Source of the DNA: an uncultured Candidatus Saccharibacteria bacterium
Lineage (GTDB): Bacteria > Patescibacteriota > Minisyncoccia > Phycocordibacterales > UBA918
Direction: 5' to 3'
DNA length: 64,000 nt
NCBI GenBank assembly: GCA_964399295.1
Contig: CAYNQD010000001.1
Location: forward strand, 271,672 to 335,671
In this document: positions 10,408 to 19,345 of the stretch, one piece after another
How positions within the stretch are numbered: the stretch's first letter is position 1
How the letters are laid out: every line of letters begins with the position of its first letter
Translations under genes and position numbers: made by a program
The notes under the pieces: model-generated
Seen by the model: the letters and a program-made list of their open reading frames with translations, nothing else
What the model was told of the DNA's origin: nothing
Databases searched by the model: none

Positions 10408-10922
10408 GCATTAACCTCTCTTAATTTCTTAAGATGAGACATGACACCGTTTATTACCATTACCGCTACAAAAAACACTACCAGATAAATCAAAAGATAA
10501 GTAACAATAGATAAATCATTAGCTCCGGTATTAAACATAGCGGCCGTGATACCGAGCGTGTACCAGCTGGAAGCCTGAATCGCCGGACCGAAAGTGCTTG
10601 GCATAATATGCAAAGTCATAAGTATGGCGTTGGCGTATAATATTCCTACCAGAATAAACTGCGTAATTATAAAACTGGTAAAGTAAGCTGTACCTGAGGA
10701 AGTAAATCCATGGTAAGCCAAAATTGCCAAAGTAATAAGAATGATTGTCATGGCCACTCTAAGCACGATATAAGTAATGCCCATAAAATGTCTTTCGGTC
10801 TCGTCAATTTTTCCGTCTTTAATAGCCACGAAGAAATTGAGAACCGCCAACGTGGACGAACCAACTCCAAGCGAAATCCCAATTGCTGATAGTACTGCTA
10901 CCATTAAAATTATTATTTCCAT
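10404..10922 (-). CDS. polytopic membrane protein (5-6 TM), function unknown
   Basis: Hydrophobic throughout. Its stop codon overlaps the AcrB stop by 4 nt in convergent orientation. Confidence 0.45.
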   Translation of the reverse strand: MEIIILMVAVLSAIGISLGVGSSTLAVLNFFVAIKDGKIDETERHFMGITYIVLRVAMTIILITLAILAYHGFTSSGTAYFTSFIITQFILVGILYANAILMTLHIMPSTFGPAIQASSWYTLGITAAMFNTGANDLSIVTYLLIYLVVFFVAVMVINGVMSHLKKLREVNA

Positions 10923-11005
10923 AGCTTGATTCTAACAAATAACAGTAAACAGTAAACTGAGTTTTGTGTATTCATAAATAGGCATTTCTGTGGCAAAATA
11001 GTGCT

Positions 11006-11701
11006 ATGTATAAACATTTATTTTTTGACATGGATCAGACCATTGCTCCTTCAAGGCAATTGATTCTTCCGGCCATGTATGATTTGCTGCTAAACGCTCC
11101 GCAAGATATCGTGATTGTATCCGGACAGGATGTGGAAAAGATAAAATGGCAAAGCGACAATCTCCCGGCTTATATTTTGGGACAAAACGGCAATCACGCC
11201 GTAGACGTGGCGGGTGCTGAGATTTGGAAAATTCCGTTGGAAGAAAATTATCGACAGGAGATTCTAAGACATATAGATAAGCTTATGGGTATCATCGACC
11301 ATGAAGTAAACCGAGATTGGGTACCGATTGAAGATCGTGGCTCGCAAATCACTTTTAGTCCCATCGGCAATCAGGCTCCGGTAGAAGTGAAGAAAGTTTA
11401 CGACCCCGATCGTAAGCGTCGCGAAGCTTTGCTGGCGCAAATACCGTTTGAGTCTGAAGATTTGATTGTAAAAATCGGCGGCTCGACTAGCTTGGATTAT
11501 ATTCACAAAGACCGTCACAAAGGCACAAACGTCCAAAAACTGATTGACCATCTTGGCTGGGATAAGTCGGAGTGTGTTTATTTTGGTGATGGACTTTATC
11601 CGGGCGGAAATGACGAAGCGGTAATAGGAGTAATCGACACCATCGCCGTCGCCGACCATGAAGATACGTACAACAAACTTTTGAAGATGGGTTTGGGTTA
11701 G
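11006..11701 (+). CDS. eukaryotic-type phosphomannomutase (PMM) family HAD-IIB hydrolase
   Basis: DxD nucleophile motif FFDMDQTIAPSRQLI (compare PMM2 LFDVDGTLTAPRQKI). Also SPIGNQAP, KIGGSTSLD, and C-terminal FGDGLYPGGNDEAV (compare FFGDKTMPGGNDHEI). Confidence 0.75.
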   Translation: MYKHLFFDMDQTIAPSRQLILPAMYDLLLNAPQDIVIVSGQDVEKIKWQSDNLPAYILGQNGNHAVDVAGAEIWKIPLEENYRQEILRHIDKLMGIIDHEVNRDWVPIEDRGSQITFSPIGNQAPVEVKKVYDPDRKRREALLAQIPFESEDLIVKIGGSTSLDYIHKDRHKGTNVQKLIDHLGWDKSECVYFGDGLYPGGNDEAVIGVIDTIAVADHEDTYNKLLKMGLG

Positions 11702-11763
11702 AGACTAACCATTGACATATATTATATTTGACTTTTATTTTTTCAAAAAAACTGGCGCGGCTA

Positions 11764-13587
11764 TTACTCGACTGTTACAGATTTTGCCAAATTTCTCGGT
11801 TTATCTACATCAAACCCTCGTTTAGTTCCAATGTAATAAGCCATGAGTTGTAGAGGTACAACGGTCAAAAATGGTTCTAGTGACTCTATTGTTTTTGGTA
11901 TATAAAAAACATCGTTTGCTAATGACAAAATTTTCTCATCTCCTTTTGTGGCAATGGCAAATATTGGACCTTTTCTAGCTTTAATCTCTTCGAGGTTAGA
12001 AAACATTTTTTCTGAAACACTATTTTGTGGGACTATTGCCAAAGTCGGAAAATTTTGGCTAATCATCGCAATTGGACCATGTTTCATTTCGCCTGCACCA
12101 TAGCCCTCTGCGTGTATGTAGGATATTTCCTTTAATTTAAGTGCTCCTTCAAGAGCAACAGGGTAGTTATATCGCCGTCCAATAAAAAGAAAATTCTCAT
12201 AATCCTTATATTTTTCTGCCAACTCTTCGAGTTTAGCAGATTGACTCAAAATTGTTTTTATTTTTTCGGGGATATTCTCAAGTTCTTCTAATAACATTTT
12301 GGTTGAGGATTTATCTTTTGATAAATAAATTGCCATCATGGCAAGAACTGTCAATTGTGAGAGAAATGCTTTTGTTGAAGCAACTCCAATTTCAGGACCA
12401 GCGTGATTATAAACGCCGGCGTTTGTTGCTCTCGAAATTGTGGAACCAACTGTATTTACAATACCAAGCGTCATCAATCCATGTTCTTTTGCTTTTTGGA
12501 TGGCGGCCAATGTGTCGGCGGTTTCTCCAGATTGAGAAATTGCGATTACTGCTGTTCCTTTATCAAAAGGCTCATCTCGATAACGAAATTCTGAAGCAAA
12601 GTGCACTTCTGTAGGCAACTTCGCAATTTCTTCAAAAAGATACTCACCGACAAGGCCAGCGTAATAAGAAGTTCCGCAAGCCAATATCAGTATTCTTTTT
12701 ACTTTTTTTAATTCGTCGGCGACCTGTTCCAATCCGCCCAATTTAACAAGATCCTCTTCGCTTTTTATCCTGCCTCGGAAAGCTGACCGGACAACTTCTG
12801 CTCCTTCAAAAATTTCCTTAAGCATGAAATGTGGGAAGTCTCCTTTTTGAGACTGCTCTAAATCCCATTCTAAGCGAACAATTTCAAAGGGCGTTTCTTG
12901 TTTTTCGAGATTAGTAATACTGACATTGTTCTGGCTTATCTTTGCAATTTCTCCATCATTGAGATATATAACATCTTTTGTTTTTCCAACCAAAGCGGAC
13001 GGATCCGAGGCCAAAAAGTTTTCACCACTTCCAACACCAATAACTAACGGGCTAGATAACTTAGTAGCATAAAAAATTTCTGGATTTTTTGCGTCAATTA
13101 TTGCGAGAGCATACGCCCCCTTTATCATTTTTAGAGTATCAAAAAGTGCAGTATCAAAATCTTTGCCGCTTTTCAGGAAATTTTCAATGAGATGTGGCAC
13201 AACTTCGGTATCGGTTTCCGATAGAAAATTGTGGCCTTGATTTTGTAAATACTCTTTTAATTCCTTGTAATTCTCAATAATGCCATTATGGACAACAAAT
13301 ATGCGCCCCAGACAATCACTATGCGGATGAGCGTTAGCCTCGTCGGGACCTCCATGTGTTGCCCAACGCGTGTGACCTATGCCCAGGTGACCATCAAAAT
13401 CACTTCCATTTGCCAAAGATTTTTCTAATATTTTTACTTGCCCAACGCTTTTTCTAACCTCTACTTTGTTGTTTGTGAGTACAGCAATACCCGCAGAGTC
13501 ATATCCACGGTATTCAAGTGCTTTTAGGCCGGTTACTAGAATAGGCTTAGCTTTTTCTTTTCCGATGTATCCAATAATTCCACACAT
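11764..13587 (-). CDS. glmS: glutamine--fructose-6-phosphate aminotransferase (isomerising)
   Basis: N-terminal MCGIIGY with Cys2 nucleophile, GATase-2 domain, two SIS domains, and characteristic C-terminal ...KSVTVE. Confidence 0.95.
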   Translation of the reverse strand: MCGIIGYIGKEKAKPILVTGLKALEYRGYDSAGIAVLTNNKVEVRKSVGQVKILEKSLANGSDFDGHLGIGHTRWATHGGPDEANAHPHSDCLGRIFVVHNGIIENYKELKEYLQNQGHNFLSETDTEVVPHLIENFLKSGKDFDTALFDTLKMIKGAYALAIIDAKNPEIFYATKLSSPLVIGVGSGENFLASDPSALVGKTKDVIYLNDGEIAKISQNNVSITNLEKQETPFEIVRLEWDLEQSQKGDFPHFMLKEIFEGAEVVRSAFRGRIKSEEDLVKLGGLEQVADELKKVKRILILACGTSYYAGLVGEYLFEEIAKLPTEVHFASEFRYRDEPFDKGTAVIAISQSGETADTLAAIQKAKEHGLMTLGIVNTVGSTISRATNAGVYNHAGPEIGVASTKAFLSQLTVLAMMAIYLSKDKSSTKMLLEELENIPEKIKTILSQSAKLEELAEKYKDYENFLFIGRRYNYPVALEGALKLKEISYIHAEGYGAGEMKHGPIAMISQNFPTLAIVPQNSVSEKMFSNLEEIKARKGPIFAIATKGDEKILSLANDVFYIPKTIESLEPFLTVVPLQLMAYYIGTKRGFDVDKPRNLAKSVTVE

Positions 13588-13629
13588 AATTTCAAATGTT
13601 AGCAGTTTTTAACTCATAACTCAAACTTA

Positions 13630-13650
13630 GCCGCGCGCAAAGCGCGCGGC
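13630..13650. terminator. GC-rich hairpin between tRNA-Ala and glmS start
   Basis: gccgcgcgc aaa gcgcgcggc (9-bp GC stem). Lies downstream of the minus-strand tRNA-Ala(GGC) 3' end. No clean U-tract. Confidence 0.3.
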
Positions 13651-13680
13651 GAAGTCAATCTTTCTTCAAATTCGGAATTG

Positions 13681-13753
13681 TGGACCCTAGCGGACTTGAA
13701 CCGCTCGCCTCATCCATGCCATGGATGCGCTCTACCGGATGAGCTAAGGGCCC
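13681..13753 (-). tRNA. tRNA-Ala (anticodon GGC)
   Basis: Reverse complement folds as a cloverleaf: acceptor GGGCCCT, G3:U70 Ala identity pair, anticodon stem CATCC/GGATG with loop AU-GGC-AU, T-arm GGTTCAAGTCC. 73 nt, CCA not encoded. Confidence 0.85.
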
Positions 13754-13883
13754 TAAATGAGGGTTAGGCTATTATACTAAAACTTGTGGAAAATGAAAGT
13801 ATGCTGTCATTACCTTGCTTCAAGTACATGAACAAAAAAAGCCACCTCAAAGCGGTGGACTTTTTTGGCAAAAATTTAATCGG

Positions 13884-13956
13884 TGGACCCGAGAAGATTC
13901 GAACTCCCTGCCTCCTCAGTGCAAATGAGGCGCTCTACCAAGTGAGCTACGGGCCC
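13884..13956 (-). tRNA. tRNA-Ala (anticodon UGC)
   Basis: Reverse complement: acceptor GGGCCCG with G3:U70, anticodon stem CCTCA/TGAGG with loop UU-UGC-AC, T-arm GGTTCGAATC. 73 nt. Confidence 0.85.
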
Positions 13957-14036
13957 AATAAAAAACCATTCAATAAAGAATGAACTCCACTATAATACGG
14001 ATTTCATGCCTCTAAGTCAAGCAAAAATTTCCCAAA

Positions 14037-14594
14037 CTAAAACCTATGAATCTGGCCGTTGATGATTAAATTATCGCCAGACCAATAAACAGAATCTGAA
14101 TTGGCATTGCTTAGGGTAACAGGAGTTCCGTCTAAAAGTAGCGGTCTGATAAGGGATTTTTTTACGTCATATAAGTAACTGGCGCAAAAATCTGCTTCCG
14201 GGCTTTGTTGTTCGCAGAAATAAATGTGAGATTTGCTATCGGAAGCAATTGCGCGGATATCATTATAGTGCATTCCTTGGCCGAATTGGTCTTCAAAAAT
14301 TGGCAATCCAGAGACAAGAGGATTGTAAGACAAAAGCAACTCACCGGCAGCGGTGTTTACCACCAACTTCCCTCCAGTGTAAGCAAAAGATACGTCAGAG
14401 GTGACGGCGGTTGCTTTTGAAGGTGCGAGTTCCTCCTTCAAATCTTGAGGATAGTTGACGGTGTAGACGGCGGCGTAATTATTTGAGGAGTTGTCAAAAA
14501 TTTGATTTACCCCAAACAAAATAAAAGCCGTCACAAAACCAATCACGTAAGTCACTGTCATAATCAAAACTCTTTCATTTCTTGTTCCTTCCAT
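14037..14594 (-). CDS. hypothetical N-terminally TM-anchored extracytoplasmic protein (185 aa)
   Basis: Single N-terminal TM (VLIMTVTYVIGFVTAFILFGV), then a soluble domain with two Cys. No recognised family. Confidence 0.45.
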   Translation of the reverse strand: MEGTRNERVLIMTVTYVIGFVTAFILFGVNQIFDNSSNNYAAVYTVNYPQDLKEELAPSKATAVTSDVSFAYTGGKLVVNTAAGELLLSYNPLVSGLPIFEDQFGQGMHYNDIRAIASDSKSHIYFCEQQSPEADFCASYLYDVKKSLIRPLLLDGTPVTLSNANSDSVYWSGDNLIINGQIHRF

Positions 14595-14638
14595 ATATGA
14601 ATATTATAGCTTAATTCCTATTATAAAACCTTCACTAC

Positions 14639-15610
14639 TCACACCCCAGCGGTTTCTATTAAGTGTTCTGTCAATTGGTCAAAGGTCATGCCGACGGCGT
14701 TCACAGCCTTAGGATATAAAGATTCTGGTGTTAGTCCAGGGAGGGTGTTGACTTCCAGAAAATAAACTTCCCCATCTTTGACCATAAAATCACTACGAGA
14801 ATATTGGTCTAATCCCAAGACGTCATGCACCAAAGCAGAAACATCAGCTATCTTCTGTCTTTCCTGATAAGAAAAACGAGCCGGACAAACGAATTCGGTT
14901 TGGCCGCTGTACTTGGCTTCGTTGGTGAAAAAAGGTGAGTTTTTGGGTGGAAGTATCTCTAGACTGGGAAAGGTGTAGAGGCGCTCATTTCTGAAGTTTT
15001 CCAAAACTGCCCCCGTGCCCTCTTTACCTCGAATAAATTCCTCCACCAAAACAGTTTCAAATAAAGATAAAGTTTCTCTAGCTATTTCTTCCAGCGACTG
15101 TCCCTCATGCACCAATCTGATGCCAATGGAAGAGCCGTTGGCCAAGGGTTTTAGAATATACTCCGGGCCAAAAGAAGCTTCTATCTCCTTAATAATAGCT
15201 GATAAATCATCAACTTGGTCGGACTTTATAAGCCTATGGCTCGGCGTCAATACACCGTGAGCTTTTAAGGTGTCTTTAGCCAAGCTTTTATTAAAAGCAA
15301 TCGCCGACGGCAAAGAGCGACTGCCGGTAAAGGGGAGGTGTTTTCTTTGCAGTGTTTTTTGTACTTCCCCATCTTCGGCGTAGGCTCCGTGCATACCGAT
15401 AAAAACAACGTCAATACTCTCCAAGACTTGATCGACAGAGCGAATCTTTCCCTCTTCCAGCCAATCTCCGTTTTTGGTGATAATGATGTCCTTGGTGAAA
15501 TAACCCTGTTTTCTGAGCGACTGCAAAACCGCCGCTCCTGTCTTCATGGAAACAGAATATTCATCACCTGGTCCACCTCTCAGCAAAGCCACTCTTTTAT
15601 AATTTGACAT
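14639..15610 (-). CDS. ddl: D-alanine--D-alanine ligase
   Basis: ATP-grasp fold. N-terminal VALLRGGPGDEYSVSMKTG and C-terminal EVNTLPGLTPESLYPKA are typical of Ddl. Confidence 0.9.
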   Translation of the reverse strand: MSNYKRVALLRGGPGDEYSVSMKTGAAVLQSLRKQGYFTKDIIITKNGDWLEEGKIRSVDQVLESIDVVFIGMHGAYAEDGEVQKTLQRKHLPFTGSRSLPSAIAFNKSLAKDTLKAHGVLTPSHRLIKSDQVDDLSAIIKEIEASFGPEYILKPLANGSSIGIRLVHEGQSLEEIARETLSLFETVLVEEFIRGKEGTGAVLENFRNERLYTFPSLEILPPKNSPFFTNEAKYSGQTEFVCPARFSYQERQKIADVSALVHDVLGLDQYSRSDFMVKDGEVYFLEVNTLPGLTPESLYPKAVNAVGMTFDQLTEHLIETAGV

Positions 15611-15689
15611 ATTTTAGACTGCTCTATTATACAGCAAGCCATCTAAAAACAAAAAATAAAATCCCCGAGTAGGGATTTTATTTTTTATG

Positions 15690-18533
15690 TTATATCTCTT
15701 CCGGTTTGCCGATGACGGTGACGCGGGTAGTGATGCTGTAACTTCCAGCAGTTATAGGATTTACGCAGGTAAATCTAAATATCTGTGTGTTATATAGCGG
15801 ACCGGAAGATATGGAGTCTGTTATATGATCGCCAGCTGTAGAACTAAAACTATGATTGAAGGTATGGGTTCCGCTAGTACCGAAAGTACTTGGGCCGGTA
15901 ATATTACAATTTAAGTCACCATTGACATTATTCATCTTCCACGCAAGCGTGGTTGACTCTCCAGCTCTAATAATATTAGGAGTAGCTTTTAGCTCAACTT
16001 CTGGGTCTAGGAGTAAGGTCCCTCCAGAGCTGTTATCTACAGTATTAAGAAGATCGGATGGGTTTGAGGGGGCCACTAGAGTCATTTCCACCAGTCTTGA
16101 GCTGAGACCTAATAAGTCTTTAAATGGAATATACGACGGATTTACCGAGCTATCTACAGTTGATCTGATGTCTATGTCACCTAATGGTACATTATCGAAT
16201 GTCACAATATGGTAATTGCCTAGTACTTGATAAGCTGATCCACTGTCCTGTCCTGGAGACTGCGCACCTAATCGCATAGCTGGTATAATACCGCTTTTTT
16301 CTCTGGTCTCAACAATAGAACCTGTATTTCTATCTCCGTTTTCGTAAGTAGTGAGAGTAACCTTGTAGTTAACATCTCTACGAGGCCAATTATCCTGACT
16401 CGGATTTAAGTTTGGTGGTACTGGTGATAATAATTTAGTACTTTGATCAACAACACTTATTATGAAGCTTACTGTATCGTACTTACCTGCAGTACTGTTG
16501 AAAGTAGAGTTGGACAACATAAACTCAGGAGAATCAAAAGTTGATCTACTGACCCCAGGAAAACCGGGAGTTGCGTTACTTACTGAGTTTCTAAACATAT
16601 GATAAAATTCACGGGTTTTTGCATTACCAGTCTTTAAATCGCTGCCGTACGTATTAACAGCGAACACCTTAAAGTAATGAAGTGTATTCTGATTTAAATT
16701 ACTAAAAGTATGCCTTTGTGTAAAAGGAAGAGAAGAAAGAACATTCATGGCTCCAGATTCTCCCCAGTTCCATAACTTACAATTATGGTTAGATGTTACT
16801 TCTGTAGGGTCTAAATGGTTTATGTTATTAAGAAAAGTTTGATCAATACCATAACATATACCGTAATAATCAAGCTTTGTACCTCCCGTGCTATCAATTC
16901 TTATGCCAGGGTCTAACGCATCTGTATTTATTATACTTGGATGTACAAACCCTATTGACGGCGATCCTTGCAATGAAGGATCATCAAATGGTGATGCAGG
17001 GGTTGTGGTGTTGTCTATAGGAGAAAATCCCCAACCTTCAGCATTCTGGGCCATCATTCTGTAATATATTGTGGTATTTAGCGGGAAACTGTTTATTATT
17101 TTTTGGAAAGAACCATCTGCAGGGTTAGAAGTGTTAGAAAAACCTGGTACATCATCGGAGCAATTAGCTAAACTCATAAATGTATTTTCATCTTGTAAAT
17201 CAGATTGATTTACAGACCAACAAACTCCTAAACGGGTCACTAGTAGAAAGTTGTCAGCCCTGTCTGTGACGTCGCCATATAAGGACAAAGAAATATGAGT
17301 CGGTGCCACTGTGGTTGGAGGACTATCTATGGTAACTGTAGGTACGGTGAAAATCATGGGTATTGAGAACTCATGAATAGTAGTGTCAGTCCGATTACCA
17401 GCAGCGTCAATGACAGTTGACTGTATCTTGTATGTTTTTCCACGCTCCAGATTGGGAACTGTTATTACCTCTGTTCTGTCTTTGGCTAGATTATAACTAA
17501 ACGGATATTCTTTGACACTAATGCCATTAGAATCTATGACGCGCACACTTGCTGATTGTAAAGCTATATTATCTGTAAATCTTTTTGTAAATTCAATATT
17601 AACCAAATTATCATTTGAAGAATTGATGCTTGAGATTGCTGGAAATTGTGAAAAAGAAGCCGCTGGTGGTGTTCTATCAAGGGTAAAGCTTTTTAGTTCA
17701 GTGGTTCCAGAAGATGGTATACTTAAGAAAGACCAAGTGCGCGCCGGACTGGTGTATTTGTTTGTAGTAGCTTCACCATCTAAATCAGCGTGAACAGTCC
17801 ATGAATACGCACCTTCTGCTAAACTAGCTGAGGGGATATCAATAGTAAATACACCACCAGAAAGATTGATGTTATCAATAGAAAATTTACTTAGGGTATT
17901 GTTGTTTGTATTAATTAGATAAAACTTTACATTTTTAACTAGACCAGCATTGTGCTGACTGGTTAAGGCATCGATATTTGCTGACAACACTATATTGGAT
18001 GAGAAAAAACCACTAGGTGAAACTAGTTGAATATTCGGATTTAGACTGCCTTTGGTAACCAGCTCTAAATACCCACGAAAATGTCCACCCCGCATTTGGT
18101 TTAAAGATTCGGTATCGGTATCACTTGGATAGATTGTAGGTCCTTCAAACTCTTCGTAAAAACTGGAAGAGTCGACCTTTATCTTTATGCCATCACTTAC
18201 CGGGTCAAAACAAATAGGGTCAGATTGTTTAACACCACTATAGATTCGAAGATCTACAAGAGCTCCGTTTGAGGCTTTGGTTTCTACTTTCCATTCTCCA
18301 ATTGGGTTTGTTAAGGGAGTTTTAGTATTAAAATCAACCAACACAATATCCAGGGCAGCTTTGTCTGCCGGACAGGAGGAAGGAGCATCCCCCACATATT
18401 CAACCTTGCTGGCAAGCCAACCATACGAGCTATGTGGTGGTGCTGCTTTTACTTCAAGCGTTACCCCAAAAAAGGAAAACAAAATCACCAAGGCGATGGA
18501 TAATTTTATTCTCAAGATTCCTAAATGTGCCAT
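15690..18533 (-). CDS. large secreted multi-domain surface protein (947 aa), paralog of 19346..22126
   Basis: Signal peptide. Conserved N-terminal block SYGWLASKVEYVGDAPSSCPADKAALDIVLVD. Ser/Thr/Asn-rich beta-sandwich-like segments. Conserved C-terminal block FRFTCVNPITAGSYSITTRVTVIGKPEEI, shared with the 926-aa paralog. Confidence 0.7.
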   Translation of the reverse strand: MAHLGILRIKLSIALVILFSFFGVTLEVKAAPPHSSYGWLASKVEYVGDAPSSCPADKAALDIVLVDFNTKTPLTNPIGEWKVETKASNGALVDLRIYSGVKQSDPICFDPVSDGIKIKVDSSSFYEEFEGPTIYPSDTDTESLNQMRGGHFRGYLELVTKGSLNPNIQLVSPSGFFSSNIVLSANIDALTSQHNAGLVKNVKFYLINTNNNTLSKFSIDNINLSGGVFTIDIPSASLAEGAYSWTVHADLDGEATTNKYTSPARTWSFLSIPSSGTTELKSFTLDRTPPAASFSQFPAISSINSSNDNLVNIEFTKRFTDNIALQSASVRVIDSNGISVKEYPFSYNLAKDRTEVITVPNLERGKTYKIQSTVIDAAGNRTDTTIHEFSIPMIFTVPTVTIDSPPTTVAPTHISLSLYGDVTDRADNFLLVTRLGVCWSVNQSDLQDENTFMSLANCSDDVPGFSNTSNPADGSFQKIINSFPLNTTIYYRMMAQNAEGWGFSPIDNTTTPASPFDDPSLQGSPSIGFVHPSIINTDALDPGIRIDSTGGTKLDYYGICYGIDQTFLNNINHLDPTEVTSNHNCKLWNWGESGAMNVLSSLPFTQRHTFSNLNQNTLHYFKVFAVNTYGSDLKTGNAKTREFYHMFRNSVSNATPGFPGVSRSTFDSPEFMLSNSTFNSTAGKYDTVSFIISVVDQSTKLLSPVPPNLNPSQDNWPRRDVNYKVTLTTYENGDRNTGSIVETREKSGIIPAMRLGAQSPGQDSGSAYQVLGNYHIVTFDNVPLGDIDIRSTVDSSVNPSYIPFKDLLGLSSRLVEMTLVAPSNPSDLLNTVDNSSGGTLLLDPEVELKATPNIIRAGESTTLAWKMNNVNGDLNCNITGPSTFGTSGTHTFNHSFSSTAGDHITDSISSGPLYNTQIFRFTCVNPITAGSYSITTRVTVIGKPEEI

Positions 18534-18543
18534 AATCTTCTAA

Positions 18544-19236
18544 TTAAAAATTAATAACAGAACCGGTCACAATAACAACGACAGCTTCAAGACTGTTTGA
18601 GTCTGAATAACCCATTCCTTCTGAGGTTATCTTATCCCCCACTTTTATGTCTGAAAAAGACATGGCTTTACCGTTTATCATTATTTTGGTGTCACTTTTT
18701 AATTTTAACATACCAAAACCGGCGTTGTTTTGCCTACTGATTGTAATTATGTTGTTTGTTCGATCTTTGGAGTAGACAACCCCGCTTAGGGTCTTAGCAG
18801 TTTTTTTGGCGTTGGGATCTGAACTGGTGTCTTCAAAGCTGGCGTTGTATTCGGCTACTGTCTTTCTTTCGGTAGAGTGTGTCAAAGTAGCGCCGGCACC
18901 TTTGATAACTGTCACTTCAACGATTTCATCTTCCGGCTCTTTGGGGGTGATTCTGGTTGGGGAATGAGTCAGACTGCTGTTAGGAAGTGATATTTCGGTG
19001 ACTTCCACCGGGCCGTTTTGCTGAAGATCGTTATTTACCAAAATGTATCTTTCTGTCTCCACTTCTTCGGAAGTCAAGACATTCACCTCTGGCATGACGA
19101 AAGTGTTTTCATATTCTACAACCTTTGGCTTTCTGGTCTCGGTAAAGATGATGAACGCGACCACTGCCATTAAAACACCCAAAAAAGAATGGGTTAAATA
19201 TGATAAGACTAAACTTTCTTTTTCTTCAGGTTCCAT
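18544..19236 (-). CDS. single-TM protein (230 aa), paralog of 22129..22887, partner of the downstream large surface protein
   Basis: N-terminal TM (FLGVLMAVVAFIIF). Shared motifs with the 252-aa paralog (YENTFVMPEVNVLTSEEVETERY and C-terminal MSFSDIKVGD...VTGSVINF). A 10-bp gap to the 947-aa gene. Confidence 0.6.
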   Translation of the reverse strand: MEPEEKESLVLSYLTHSFLGVLMAVVAFIIFTETRKPKVVEYENTFVMPEVNVLTSEEVETERYILVNNDLQQNGPVEVTEISLPNSSLTHSPTRITPKEPEDEIVEVTVIKGAGATLTHSTERKTVAEYNASFEDTSSDPNAKKTAKTLSGVVYSKDRTNNIITISRQNNAGFGMLKLKSDTKIMINGKAMSFSDIKVGDKITSEGMGYSDSNSLEAVVVIVTGSVINF

Positions 19237-19345
19237 AAGTAAATAAATTATTCATTAAACTTCCTCACATTATAGCAATACCGGAGAGCTACTTTTTATT
19301 TTGTTGTTTATAACCATACAATTATTATATAAGTCACAAGCAAAA

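Noticed and set aside
13588-13680. glmS ribozyme/riboswitch upstream of glmS
   Set aside because: The leader between the tRNA and the glmS start is only ~90 nt and lacks the conserved glmS ribozyme core, so it is too short.
13786-13983. 65-aa plus-strand ORF spanning the tRNA-Ala(UGC) region
   Set aside because: It overlaps a convincingly folded tRNA on the opposite strand and so is spurious.
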